Notes: generated by a model from the letters alone, not told the origin. 38,307 nucleotides of DNA from Candidatus Thorarchaeota archaeon SMTZ1-45 (GCA_001563335.1 LRSL01000018.1:1-38307); one strand, 5' to 3'; counted from the first letter of the stretch, positions 26,647 to 37,158 are shown. Translations and numbers: made by a program.

Positions 26647-27480
26647 ATGAAGCAAGAATTATCATTAGAGAGACGAGGATGCGCGAGGAATTCAGGAGTT
26701 TTCATATTAATCAGATTATTGCTTGGCTCTCTTGTATTCCTCTCTCTGAATACTATATACTACGTTCCAGAAAACGCTATGCTAATAGCAGCTCAGAACC
26801 TCAAGGCGAACCTATTGCTATTCATTGCAGTGATTTGTGCACTTTTCTTTATGGCACTCTTCAGTTTGATTATTCCGATTCCATTAAACAATGTCCTGAC
26901 TTCTGTGCACAAAGATCTTTCGAAGATTGCCCAGAAACTACGGCAAATAGAGGTCATTATTTTCATAGCAAGTATGGTACTACTGTTTGCTGAAATACAA
27001 CGTTTCTATGAAGTGTTGTTTTTTGGAATTCTCTTCTTTGGCTTTCATTTAATTATAATTGGATATCTCGTTTTCATATCTGGTTATCTTGGGAGAGTCC
27101 TAGGCATCTCCCTAATAATTGGTGGTTCTATGGGGTATCTCCTGGAGAGCCTGACTCATTCCTTTGTACCAAACTTTGTTTGGCTCTCTACTGGCGGAGT
27201 AGTATTTGCTATTGTTGCAGAAGTTGCTCTCGCAATTGTTCTTATAGTGAAGGCAATGCATGTATCTCTTGAAAGCCCTGATACAAAAGAAAGGGTAATG
27301 AGAATCTTACAGGACTTGGGTGAGGCAACAACGGATGAAATCATTGCTGAGGTTTCCAAGGAGTCAGATGAGTGCAAGGATCGTGTTCCAAGTAACTTGA
27401 TCGTCTTGGAGAGTGAGGGAGTTGTGATCAAGAGGTTTTCAAAAGAGAAGAAAGGTTATGTGTGGACGCTAGTACATTGA
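26647..27480 (+). CDS. DUF4386-like multi-pass membrane protein fused to a C-terminal winged helix
   Basis: FFGFHLIIIGYLVFISGYLGRVLG.. and AEVALAIVLIVK are DUF4386-like; C-terminal RVMRILQDLGEATTDEII..LESEGVVIKRFSKEKKGYVW. Confidence 0.65.
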   Translation: MKQELSLERRGCARNSGVFILIRLLLGSLVFLSLNTIYYVPENAMLIAAQNLKANLLLFIAVICALFFMALFSLIIPIPLNNVLTSVHKDLSKIAQKLRQIEVIIFIASMVLLFAEIQRFYEVLFFGILFFGFHLIIIGYLVFISGYLGRVLGISLIIGGSMGYLLESLTHSFVPNFVWLSTGGVVFAIVAEVALAIVLIVKAMHVSLESPDTKERVMRILQDLGEATTDEIIAEVSKESDECKDRVPSNLIVLESEGVVIKRFSKEKKGYVWTLVH

Positions 27481-27503
27481 AAAACTACTGATAGGTGTAA
27501 ACT

Positions 27504-27873
27504 ATACCATCTAATGTCGCGGAAAAAGCAAGAGCATTGATGCAGGAGTAGAAGGCTTATTGTGACCAAGCTGCATTGACAGCGCATGGAGAGGAACTCA
27601 GTTCAGGGAAAGTCGACTATGGGTGCTGTGACAGGTGCATTGATAGCGCTTGGTCTCAAGTATGGAGGACCAGATTCTACAAAGGTCAATGAGGTCGCAA
27701 TGAAATTCCTTGAGGAGTTTGCGTTTCTCAATGGAACAGTAATCTGATGGGAACTAATCAACCACGATCCTGTCACAGATGCTGATATGCAGAAGGCATT
27801 CAAGACGGGAGCCTTCAAGGACGGTCCCAAGTTCGTTGAAGATACAGTTGTGCTTTTGGAGAAACTGCTATAG
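27504..27873 (+). pseudogene. Second, decayed C-GCAxxG-C-C family gene
   Basis: VAEKARALMQE*KAYCDQA..KVDY / GAVTGALIALGLKYG..GTVI*WELI..GPKFVEDTVVLLEKLL. Has an internal TAG, a TGA, a deletion with frameshift and a probable ATA start. Confidence 0.75.
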
Positions 27874-27927
27874 GCGGGTTAGTCTGTCTTACCTGCAACC
27901 TGATAATTCGTCAAGAGAACATCTAAA

Positions 27928-29415
27928 ATGACAGACAGGGAAGGCATCACGGACAAGGAACTCGCTGTGAATTTCGACGAGCGACTACCGTTTCGGTCAA
28001 AACTGGCTTTTGGTCTTTCACAAGGTTCCATCAACCTGCTTCAGGTTATTGCCCTCGGTTCAGCAATCACATTCTACTACAATATCAAACTAGGTTTGAG
28101 TGAAGAATGGATCTCCCTTGCCTGGCTCTTGTTTGCTTTCTGGAATGCTCTTAATGACCCATTGTTTGGAATACTCCAGGAAAGTATTGATACAGACATA
28201 GGCAGGCGTATTCCAGTCCTCCGTTATGGAGCACCATTCTATGTGATTACTTTTCTCATCTGTTGGTTCCCGTTCATGGGGAGCACACAGATTGCTTTAT
28301 TCTGGAACCTGTTGTTGGTTCTCTTCCTTTTTGATTCTATGTTCACCATGGTCGGACTAGTGATAACTGCACTACCAGCTGAGATGTGTATCACCCAAGA
28401 AGCCAGGTCTAATCTCGCTCTGTACAATGTAATTCTCGGATCTCTTGGTGGTCTGATTGGTATTGTACTACCACTGATTCTACTCACTGATGAAGCAACC
28501 ACTGAGCTCAATCCATTCTTTCAACCAGTGATGGTATTAGTTGCGATAATTTCGGGAATAGTGTTGTTCTTCTCGAGTTATGCTCTGACTGAAAATGAGT
28601 ATGCTAGGACTGAAGAGCCATTACCTTTCATTGCATCGATGATCCAAACGGTCAAGAATAGGGAGTTTCTGGTATTCGAAGGCATGAACTTCTTCCGTGA
28701 AATGGGATTCACGGTAGTGATAGGTTCCATGATATATTTCGTTCAATATGTTGTTAATCTACAGGGCATTATGGCCTCAATTCCTTTGTTTGCCGTCTTT
28801 TTCCTCATGCTGTCGTTTAGCTTTCTTGCCGATAGAAGGGTGAAACAACAAGGTTTGAAGCAAGTCTATATCATTGGATTGTTGCTAACGAGTATTGGTC
28901 TGATTTTCCTAGGAATTTCAGGTAGCTGGTTGATTGCTGCAATTCTTAGTCTTATGGTAGTCGGAATAGGACTTGCCCCGGTCACCTTGATTTGGTCCCC
29001 ATTGCTGGCAGATGTGATAGACAACGATGAAATATTGACAGGCAAGAGACGTGAAACGACATATGCAGGTATGAATGCGTTGATCACGAAACCAGCAATC
29101 TCCATCGCAAACGCATTGTTCCTGCTGGTCATTAGTGGATTCGGATTTGACAATACCCAGAGTGTACAGTCAGAGTCAGCCATCCTTGGGATTCAGGTGG
29201 CATACACGATGATTCCTGCAATAGGTTTCATAATCGGAGCAGTTGTTATGTGGAGATGGTACAGACTTGATGGCAAAGAATGGATTGCAAAGAAGGTTGA
29301 ATTAGGAAAGATACACCTTCAAAAAGAAGGGGAATACATCAAGCATCTTCAAAGAGAGGGAAAAATATCTAAGGTTTATCAAAAACTCTACAGAGAGTCG
29401 CAAGAAGAATCTTAG
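27928..29415 (+). CDS. MFS glycoside-pentoside-hexuronide (MelB-like) transporter
   Basis: WNALNDPLFG..GRRIP, LADVIDNDE..TGKRRE; about 12 TM segments. Confidence 0.9.
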   Translation: MTDREGITDKELAVNFDERLPFRSKLAFGLSQGSINLLQVIALGSAITFYYNIKLGLSEEWISLAWLLFAFWNALNDPLFGILQESIDTDIGRRIPVLRYGAPFYVITFLICWFPFMGSTQIALFWNLLLVLFLFDSMFTMVGLVITALPAEMCITQEARSNLALYNVILGSLGGLIGIVLPLILLTDEATTELNPFFQPVMVLVAIISGIVLFFSSYALTENEYARTEEPLPFIASMIQTVKNREFLVFEGMNFFREMGFTVVIGSMIYFVQYVVNLQGIMASIPLFAVFFLMLSFSFLADRRVKQQGLKQVYIIGLLLTSIGLIFLGISGSWLIAAILSLMVVGIGLAPVTLIWSPLLADVIDNDEILTGKRRETTYAGMNALITKPAISIANALFLLVISGFGFDNTQSVQSESAILGIQVAYTMIPAIGFIIGAVVMWRWYRLDGKEWIAKKVELGKIHLQKEGEYIKHLQREGKISKVYQKLYRESQEES

Positions 29416-29443
29416 TGGGAGGGCGAACTATAATTTTGGTGAA

Positions 29444-32290
29444 ATGAAAATGGATTCCAAGAAGATTGTCATTGTTCCGCATACTCATTGGGATAGAGAA
29501 TGGTATTTGCCATTTCAGAGATTCAGATACATGTTAGTTGAACTTGTTGATGAACTTCTTGATATTATTGCCACCCAAGACTACAGATTCATGTTGGATG
29601 GTCAGACGGTGGTTCTGGAGGATTATTTTGAGATACGAGATGAGCGAAGAGATGAGTTGCTCCAACAAATTCGCAATGGTAAAATTACTGTAGGTCCTTG
29701 GTACTTGTTGCCAGACCAATGGCTTGTGGGTGGGGAGAGCCTTATTCGTAATATCGAGTTCAGTCATAATCTGGCGATGCAACTTTGTATTCCACAAATG
29801 ATGATCGGATACTTGCCAGATATGTTTGGTCACTCGAGTGCTATTCCACAAATACTTGGCGATCTTACAAACTTCAAGGCGGCGATTCTCTGGCGGGGAG
29901 TACCTCCAAACATTATGACATCATCATTTACATGGAAATCTCATCCTTCTTCTTCAGCCTCAATTCCAGTTGTATATCTGCCTGAGGGATATGGGAATGC
30001 TTCTAGATTTGCTGAAGATTATGAGGAGTTCACAACGATGGTTATCAATGGGACATCATCACTAGAACCATTCTCGCCAGTTCCAGTCTATCTTTTGATG
30101 AATGGCTCAGATCATCTTTTCCCGCAGGCATTTGTGCAAGAAAATGTAGATCGTTTGAAGAGTGAAGGAGTTGATATTTCATTAGGATCTCTTACTGACT
30201 ATGTCGAGTATTTAGAAGATGCAATCATAAAAATAGGTTATGAACGTCCTTTATATACTGGTGAATTTCGCTCTCCAGCTAGAGCACCACTTCTGCAAGA
30301 TACTTATTCTGCTCGAATGTGGATTAAGATTTGGAACCAAAAAGTCGAAGATATGTTGGTAAGAAAGATTGAACCAGTCAGTACGTATCTATGGTATTCA
30401 TTGGATCAGGAGTATCCAACTAGCTACTTGAAAACCGCTTGGAAATGGTTATTGAGAAATCATCCTCATGATTCAATATGTGGTTGTTCTATAGATCGAA
30501 CTCACGAAGAGATGAAAGCTCGTTTCTCATGGGCTGAATCCATAGGAGAGAGCCTTGTTCAGAATGCAATCAAGATTCTTGAGGAAATGGGAGATGAATC
30601 AAAATCCAATGAATCGAGTGTTCTTATTTTCAACTCAGGAGGAAGCTTGGAATCACCAATTTACATTGAGTTTTCCGCACCAAATGAGAAGATAATCAAT
30701 GGATTACAAGCGCCAGATGGCACAATCTATGATGTTCAACGTCTAGAATCTAGAGATCATGTTTTCTTTGAGATTACTGTTGGTATGAGAATGGCAAAGA
30801 TGGGATTTGGTCTGTTACCTGGGAGGAAATTCATGAATTTCTATATTAATGATATTGAATTTTTTGATGGCGATGAACCGGGAGTCCTTGAACTCCGATT
30901 TATATCGGATGACCACCTTGTAGGTGATCTTGATTGGGAGGAATTCAAAAGAACAGCTCGCGAGATAATTAATAGTAAGAAGTACAAAAAGATACATCTC
31001 ATTGCAGCGCGACCAACTCAGAATGTCTATGCTTCAGCATTGCCTCTACAACCATGGGCATTCACGAAGCTTGTTCCTGTTTCTGAATCTGCAGATGAAA
31101 ATGATGATGTTCTGAAGGTTGATAAAAACCAAATTAGTAATCGTTTCTATTCAGTTTCGTTCAATAAGGATGGCACTCTAAGCGTCTTCAATGAAGAGTT
31201 AGGTATCAGATACAATAGACTCCATGTTTTTGAGGACTATGGGGACCGAGGTGATGAATATACATTTGGTAGAGTGGGTCCTGGAAAAGCGGATATTAGA
31301 AAGGTTAACCGACATATTCTCAGTGCAGGACCTATTATTGCTGAGATTCGACAAGAGATGGAAATTGAAGTATTCGAGAGTCTTGACGACTCGAGAGAAA
31401 AACGGATAGGAAAGATTAGAGTACCTATTGAATCCACATTTAGGTTCTATCGTGATACGCCGCGAATCGATGTGAAAACAAAACTTACAAACAGGTCAAA
31501 AGATCACAGACTTAGAATCTGTTTCGATCTTCCCTTCAAGTCAGAGAAGACGCAGACTGAAACTCATTTTGGTGTTGTGGAACGAGATGGTTCCCCAGAA
31601 AAAGTACCAGAAACCGAAGTACTAGATAAAACGCATTCTTCATACCCAGAGATGCCTTCAGGAATTCAACCACAAAAACGATTCATCAGAGTTAATGACG
31701 ATAAAGGAAATGGGGCCATTACTGTCTTTAATACTGGCCTGCCAGAGGTCGAGCTAGTAAATGACAATCGAATTGCTATAACACTCATACGTTCGATTGG
31801 ATGGCTTTCACGAGCAGATATCCCGGAGAGACCAATCCATGCAGGCCCAGGGGAGGAAACTCCAGGAGCGCAAGAATTCGGAACGGATTATAATTACAGC
31901 TATGGTTTTGTTGTACACTCAAAAGATGAACCATTATACAGGAGTGCAGATATAGCAAATGCAGCCTCTGAGAATCCATTTATCATGTATCTTAATCAGT
32001 CAGAAATAGCAAAAAAACTGCTTAATCCAATTATCCAGATTGATAATCCAAGCATAAGGATCTCCTCTATTCGATTGCGAGAGAGTGCGGTTCTTGTAAC
32101 AATGTATAACATTGAGAACATTGAAATTAGTGTACGAGTGGGACTTGAGTCTTCTTTTAAAACTCTGACAGAAATCAAGATTGATGGAACAATAAAGCAG
32201 AAACATATTGTAAATGGGAATAGTATTAGTTTGACCTTCTTGCCTCGAGAAATCAAGATGTGCTCATTGAAACAAGAGAAGTCATTATAG
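29444..32290 (+). CDS. Glycoside hydrolase family 38 (alpha-mannosidase / mannosylglycerate hydrolase-like)
   Basis: PHTHWDREWY, LDGQ, GYLPDMFGH, NGSDH, HDSICGCSID, DHRLR. Confidence 0.92.
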   Translation: MKMDSKKIVIVPHTHWDREWYLPFQRFRYMLVELVDELLDIIATQDYRFMLDGQTVVLEDYFEIRDERRDELLQQIRNGKITVGPWYLLPDQWLVGGESLIRNIEFSHNLAMQLCIPQMMIGYLPDMFGHSSAIPQILGDLTNFKAAILWRGVPPNIMTSSFTWKSHPSSSASIPVVYLPEGYGNASRFAEDYEEFTTMVINGTSSLEPFSPVPVYLLMNGSDHLFPQAFVQENVDRLKSEGVDISLGSLTDYVEYLEDAIIKIGYERPLYTGEFRSPARAPLLQDTYSARMWIKIWNQKVEDMLVRKIEPVSTYLWYSLDQEYPTSYLKTAWKWLLRNHPHDSICGCSIDRTHEEMKARFSWAESIGESLVQNAIKILEEMGDESKSNESSVLIFNSGGSLESPIYIEFSAPNEKIINGLQAPDGTIYDVQRLESRDHVFFEITVGMRMAKMGFGLLPGRKFMNFYINDIEFFDGDEPGVLELRFISDDHLVGDLDWEEFKRTAREIINSKKYKKIHLIAARPTQNVYASALPLQPWAFTKLVPVSESADENDDVLKVDKNQISNRFYSVSFNKDGTLSVFNEELGIRYNRLHVFEDYGDRGDEYTFGRVGPGKADIRKVNRHILSAGPIIAEIRQEMEIEVFESLDDSREKRIGKIRVPIESTFRFYRDTPRIDVKTKLTNRSKDHRLRICFDLPFKSEKTQTETHFGVVERDGSPEKVPETEVLDKTHSSYPEMPSGIQPQKRFIRVNDDKGNGAITVFNTGLPEVELVNDNRIAITLIRSIGWLSRADIPERPIHAGPGEETPGAQEFGTDYNYSYGFVVHSKDEPLYRSADIANAASENPFIMYLNQSEIAKKLLNPIIQIDNPSIRISSIRLRESAVLVTMYNIENIEISVRVGLESSFKTLTEIKIDGTIKQKHIVNGNSISLTFLPREIKMCSLKQEKSL

Positions 32291-32458
32291 TTACCAATGG
32301 ATGTCTGAAATAGCAGGTCATAATTCTTATGACTAGGAATGGAAAATTTCGTGTTCATCTCAAAACAGAACAAGAACCCATTTTAAGACCATTAAAAAAG
32401 CGCTATAGTTTAAATTACTATCCAATGGATATTGCACACCAATTTTTGGGGATAGTTA

Positions 32459-33010
32459 ATGAAAAACAGGTTTTTTGCTATTCTAGTAATATTAAGTCTG
32501 ATTGCTGTGATTAATCCAGGGATTGTCTTCACAGCATCTGCACTTGAATCTCCCCAAAACTCTCTGGCGCAAGTCGCTGATCTTCAATTTACTGCAGACA
32601 TGGTGCTTGTTACAGTTGAACAAGGGGGAAGTAACACAGCTAATATTCGGGTTCACAACTATGGTGGAGAAGCTGGGTCAGCAAATATTACCTTTCTAGG
32701 TTCAGAACCAGATGGAATTACTGTTGAATTGAGCACCATTAGTATCATCGATTTGAGTGGAGGAACCTATGAGGATATCATTACGAATGTTAGTGCTGAA
32801 GCAGGACTTTGGCCACTCGGTCCAAGAAGACTTGATCTTGGTCTTATGAACGGGACCACAGAACTGGATTCTATGTACATAGAGATGAATGTGGTTGCTC
32901 CAACTACTACATCTACTGGCATTTTGGGCATTCCAAATGAAACGATTATACTATCGGTAATTGCAACTATAATTGTAGTTGCAGTAGTCTTGATAATCAA
33001 ACGGAGGTGA
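32459..33010 (+). CDS. Secreted single Ig-like domain protein with a C-terminal membrane anchor
   Basis: Signal peptide, beta-rich core, TTTST linker, TM plus KRR. Confidence 0.7.
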   Translation: MKNRFFAILVILSLIAVINPGIVFTASALESPQNSLAQVADLQFTADMVLVTVEQGGSNTANIRVHNYGGEAGSANITFLGSEPDGITVELSTISIIDLSGGTYEDIITNVSAEAGLWPLGPRRLDLGLMNGTTELDSMYIEMNVVAPTTTSTGILGIPNETIILSVIATIIVVAVVLIIKRR

Positions 33011-33017
33011 GAAGAAA

Positions 33018-33659
33018 ATGACTGGTGTTACACAAAAGTTTGTAGGTATTGATGCATTATGCAAATATTATCAGGAGCTCGGAATGAAGGCTTCAATACT
33101 ACCGGATAAAAGCCCAGAGGCGGTGGAGAAAGGTCACATAAAACAAGATATGGGATACATTAAGGTAGCTGGCCGAGAGTTCGACCTTGTGACCATAAGA
33201 ATGAAAGGAACGACTCGTGGTGAATACGATCTAGGCAAAGTCCGTGGCATTCCCATTGCAACTAAGGACAAGATTCCTTTTGAATACCATCACATAGTGC
33301 GTGCTGAAATCGCTAACGAAGGAGTGATGAAAGTCAAGCTCAAAAAGAAGACAAAAGGTATTGTTGGGAAGGAGGTCACAGATGTTTCATGGGAAGGGGG
33401 ACACCTTGCTGAAGCGCTCAATTCGGACAACTCAATTAAAACGTCTATAATGAAATTCATTGAACATGAAGATAGCATTAAAATCGAACCTGACAAGAAG
33501 AATAAGATCTTCAGAATAGTGTTCTCTCGACCCTCAGAAATAAAAATGGGTCTTGCATATGGGTTCAAGTTCAATAGAAACCTACTTCCTAGAGAAGCTG
33601 TAGATGTTATGGACAAAATAGCTATACTAGCGCGAAAATCTGCTAGTAGTAAACGTTAG
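33018..33659 (+). CDS. Hypothetical protein
   Basis: 213-aa ORF with a GGAGGTGA RBS overlapping the upstream stop. Confidence 0.75.
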   Translation: MTGVTQKFVGIDALCKYYQELGMKASILPDKSPEAVEKGHIKQDMGYIKVAGREFDLVTIRMKGTTRGEYDLGKVRGIPIATKDKIPFEYHHIVRAEIANEGVMKVKLKKKTKGIVGKEVTDVSWEGGHLAEALNSDNSIKTSIMKFIEHEDSIKIEPDKKNKIFRIVFSRPSEIKMGLAYGFKFNRNLLPREAVDVMDKIAILARKSASSKR

Positions 33660-33684
33660 CATACAAAAGAAAGATAGCTGTAAA

Positions 33685-33741
33685 TCCAGAGGCTTATAGA
33701 ACCCAAAGAGGAAATCCCATAGTGGTTCTAAAGTCTCTGGA
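33685..33741. terminator. Long inverted repeat between convergent genes (terminator or structured RNA)
   Basis: TCCAGAGGCTTATAGAACC..GGTTCTAAAGTCTCTGGA, about 18 bp with one bulge and one G-U; followed by TCTTTTTT. Confidence 0.5.
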
Positions 33742-33925
33742 AAATCTTTTTGAAATGATTCTTAGTTTGGCTAATAGCTCTCCATATTTCTGATTCTTTA
33801 GCAAATTCGCTCCGCAGAGAGAGCAATTCTTAGATCTGATTCAAGCAAGTTGGTATGAGTTGTGCTTTTCATTTAGATGAGTGATGTAAAATTTGATTAT
33901 TGCTAAGATTGTGAGATTCGAGTTC

Positions 33926-35281
33926 TTATGCTAGAGGTCCTTCTACATCTTTGAATGATGAATATGTACCTGCGTCTTCATCCGTTTCATTAACAATTTC
34001 GTTCTTCAAGGAGTATCTAAATGACATGAGAAGAACAATAACTCCAATTGAAATCAAAACAAGAGCAGCCATGAAACTACCTCTGTATGCATCAGCATTT
34101 GACAATCCTGCAGCAATTAACAGATCTGCAACTGGTCCAGCGACCAACGTTGCAGCAATCCCCCAACTGAGGAAGAAGGTTGTGTTATAATAGGCGAAGA
34201 GTCTTCCCCTGTACTCTTTGGGTGCCATCCTCGCAACAATTGAATAGCTTGATGCGCCAATGATGACCTCAGATGCTCCCCTGAGGAGCGATTCTATCAG
34301 TGCCAGAGTGAAGGAAGGGGTGATTATCAACCACAAGATTCCAACAATCGAAAAGATAATTCCAGCCATCATCACCTTTCTGTCATCAGTCTTTGCAACC
34401 ACAGATCCTACGGCTAGTCCAGCAACCATATTAGCTACACTCCGGACATTACTGTAGAGACCGATATCTACTCCACTTGCATTGAAACCTGTTGGGTCAG
34501 CAAGAAAGAGTGAAGTGATGATAGCTATTGAGTTTCTTCCAAAATTGATGAAGACGAGGGCTATGATGAAGATTAGGTATGCTAGTCGAAGTTGGGAGGG
34601 TAGGTCACGAAGCGAGTGGTTCTCTGAAACCTCACTATCATCGGATTTCCAAGATTCGTTCTCCTTTTCCAATCTGATTGAGAAGTACACAATGAAACTT
34701 GACAAGATCATGATTACTGCAGCGAGGTTGAAAATACTGCCATTTGCAAATCCTCCTACATCAAATAGGAGACCGCCGAGAATAGCACCTCCAATACCAC
34801 CAAATCCTCCAATGGTCGATAATTGGCCCATAAGCTTCTTTCTCTCATCATCCTCAGTCAGTTCAGATACCAAAGCTGACCAGCCTACATTGGACATACT
34901 CCAGAAGACTTCGATTCCACCCAGGGAGAAGATAATCACATATCCAGCGACGAACAGCTGATTCAATCCGAGGAAGAACATGTACCCAATCACCATGAAG
35001 AAGTGTCCAACTCCAGCCAACAGCTCTCCAATGGCTACAAACTCCATAGGCTTTCGATACTTATCCAACAAGTTCCCCCAGAGTAAGGATTGGGTGGCTG
35101 TGTTAGCTATCATTCCAACTGTAGCCATCAGTGTCACTTCAGTCGTCGAAAGACCAAGAGACTTGAGGTAAATCGACAAGAAGGTATACACGATGGATCT
35201 TCTGAAGAATGTCAAAATCTGGAATGTAGAGAGTCCTGTGAATTCACTTCTTTTAAGTTTGGAGTATTTGAAAAAACTCAA
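33926..35281 (-). CDS. MFS transporter
   Basis: About 12 TM segments, WGNLLDKYRK, MAPKEYRGRLFA. Confidence 0.88.
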   Translation of the reverse strand: MSFFKYSKLKRSEFTGLSTFQILTFFRRSIVYTFLSIYLKSLGLSTTEVTLMATVGMIANTATQSLLWGNLLDKYRKPMEFVAIGELLAGVGHFFMVIGYMFFLGLNQLFVAGYVIIFSLGGIEVFWSMSNVGWSALVSELTEDDERKKLMGQLSTIGGFGGIGGAILGGLLFDVGGFANGSIFNLAAVIMILSSFIVYFSIRLEKENESWKSDDSEVSENHSLRDLPSQLRLAYLIFIIALVFINFGRNSIAIITSLFLADPTGFNASGVDIGLYSNVRSVANMVAGLAVGSVVAKTDDRKVMMAGIIFSIVGILWLIITPSFTLALIESLLRGASEVIIGASSYSIVARMAPKEYRGRLFAYYNTTFFLSWGIAATLVAGPVADLLIAAGLSNADAYRGSFMAALVLISIGVIVLLMSFRYSLKNEIVNETDEDAGTYSSFKDVEGPLA

Positions 35282-35322
35282 TGTGAACTCTTAGGCTGAA
35301 GTTCCATCTTATATACCATCTT

Positions 35323-37158
35323 CTAGTGGTTTGAGGAATATTCCTTGTTTTTGTTGAACACCAAGCTCTTCACAGTGACCGGAAACACTTGACCTTCCTG
35401 AAGTGGTGCACCAATGTCTATCCAATCCCCTACTTCAAGAAACAGCTCATCAAGACTGATTAGATTCCGCTGAATCGAGGTTTCTTGGCGTGTCATTAAA
35501 CCAACCATCTTGCCTATGTCACTCTCGAAGAGAAGAATAACCATCCTACCTTCCGAGATTGTCTTGGGAAGAGAGTTCTCAATAGCCTTAACAAATTCTT
35601 GGAGCCACGTATATGATCTATAGAGAGAATCCTTGAAGTATAATGCAACAGTGCCATCACCTTCTCTCAGATCGTAGTTCTTAAATGCTCGTGACACCTC
35701 CTCTTCCACTTTCCCTGGTTGGTAGTTCTCTGTTGTAACGTTAATTGGAAGAACAGGAATATTCGTTATTGGGAACTCTAGAGTCTTGTCAAAGTAACAG
35801 GTGGAGCCAGACACGGATAAGGTGAATGTTCCTGCGCCGATTACAGTAGCACGAATCTTTATTTCAGGCTCGATTACCAGCAATCCTTGTTCTTCGACGA
35901 GAGTCCTCAGTTCTTCAGCGAGATACAATCCAATGTCATCATAAGACCTCTTCTCCCCGTAAAATATCTCAGCAATGCCGCCTGAGAATGAATATTGATC
36001 AACTGGAATTGAGAAGTCGAGGTCATCGGTCATCATAAGTTCTTTGGCAATCTTGCTTTTCGCTGGACCCTGCATGACTTCGACCAATGCCTTTGCATAC
36101 TCATGAGCAATAGCTTTTGCATCCTTTTCAGAGATGGTGTCCCCAATCTTGTAGTTCACTCCTAACTCTCTTAAAATGAAGTTAGTTGGCTCATCTATTC
36201 TCCAAATCCTGAAGTTGTCATCAATTCCTAATAGCCGTCCACCTACATTGATGCAGGAGGTGCTGAGAACATGTCCTTTCGATGAAATAGCAATGTTACT
36301 CGTCCCTCCACCAATGTCCACATTCATTATCGTCTGGTTTGTCTTACTGGAAAGGTCTACGATACCACTTCCCATTGCACTAAGCACCGATTCATAATTA
36401 GGTCCAGCTACAGCACTCACGAATTTCCCGGACTTTGAGGAGAGACGCCTTACAATCTCTTCTGCATTCTGTTTCTTCGCTGTTTCCCCTGTTACAATGA
36501 CAGCTCCAGTATCGACCATCTCTGGGGTGAAACCCGCCTTCCGATACTGTGCCTCACAGAATTCCACGATTGCTTCCACATCGATAGTGAACCTATCAAT
36601 AAGAGGTGTGAAGATTATGTCACTCTCATAGATAACTTCTCGATCGACAACGATGAAGCGGTTTGTTGGATTGACAAAGCTTCTTTCTCTGTTCAGAGTC
36701 AGACGAGAGAACACCAGATGAGATGTTGACGAACCGATGTCAATCCCCACACTCAGGAGCTTCACATTCTCGGATCCGTCGTACAAAGGAATGAAACGGG
36801 TCTTTGGTTCTGATGATTTTCTGGTTGAAACCTCTAACTCAACAAGTGATGTTATCTTCTGTTGTTCAGCTCTTGATAGAGCATCATTAAGGATGGGACT
36901 GACTAATCCCATTAATCTACCAAAGTGCGTTCCAGATTGCAGGACATCACTAAGTGTGGATTTGAACTCTGTGATGAGAAGGTGAAGTTTGGCGGTCTCT
37001 GAGTCATCTAGGACTCCATGCTGCTGCAGGACTGAGTCATATGCACTCGTGAATTGTTCTTCGAGATCTTTTGCATCTTCACCAAAGTGCTCATGGAGGT
37101 ATTCACTCACTATCTCAATGATTTGCCACTTCAGACGGTTAGCATCAATCCCACTCAT
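35323..37158 (-). CDS. eutA: EutA-like reactivating factor (actin-like ATPase) with a ~130-aa N-terminal extension
   Basis: LSVGIDIGSSTSHLVFSRL, TGAVIVTGETAKKQNA, VDIGGGTSN, INVGGRL, IRATVIGAG, PVTVKSLVF. Confidence 0.85.
   Translation of the reverse strand: MSGIDANRLKWQIIEIVSEYLHEHFGEDAKDLEEQFTSAYDSVLQQHGVLDDSETAKLHLLITEFKSTLSDVLQSGTHFGRLMGLVSPILNDALSRAEQQKITSLVELEVSTRKSSEPKTRFIPLYDGSENVKLLSVGIDIGSSTSHLVFSRLTLNRERSFVNPTNRFIVVDREVIYESDIIFTPLIDRFTIDVEAIVEFCEAQYRKAGFTPEMVDTGAVIVTGETAKKQNAEEIVRRLSSKSGKFVSAVAGPNYESVLSAMGSGIVDLSSKTNQTIMNVDIGGGTSNIAISSKGHVLSTSCINVGGRLLGIDDNFRIWRIDEPTNFILRELGVNYKIGDTISEKDAKAIAHEYAKALVEVMQGPAKSKIAKELMMTDDLDFSIPVDQYSFSGGIAEIFYGEKRSYDDIGLYLAEELRTLVEEQGLLVIEPEIKIRATVIGAGTFTLSVSGSTCYFDKTLEFPITNIPVLPINVTTENYQPGKVEEEVSRAFKNYDLREGDGTVALYFKDSLYRSYTWLQEFVKAIENSLPKTISEGRMVILLFESDIGKMVGLMTRQETSIQRNLISLDELFLEVGDWIDIGAPLQEGQVFPVTVKSLVFNKNKEYSSNH

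Noticed and set aside
27745-27747. TGA at a conserved Cys position of the C-GCAxxG-C-C copy as selenocysteine
   Set aside because: The same gene has a TAG, a deletion with frameshift, a lost start and another Cys-to-Gly change, so decay explains it. I recognised no SECIS.
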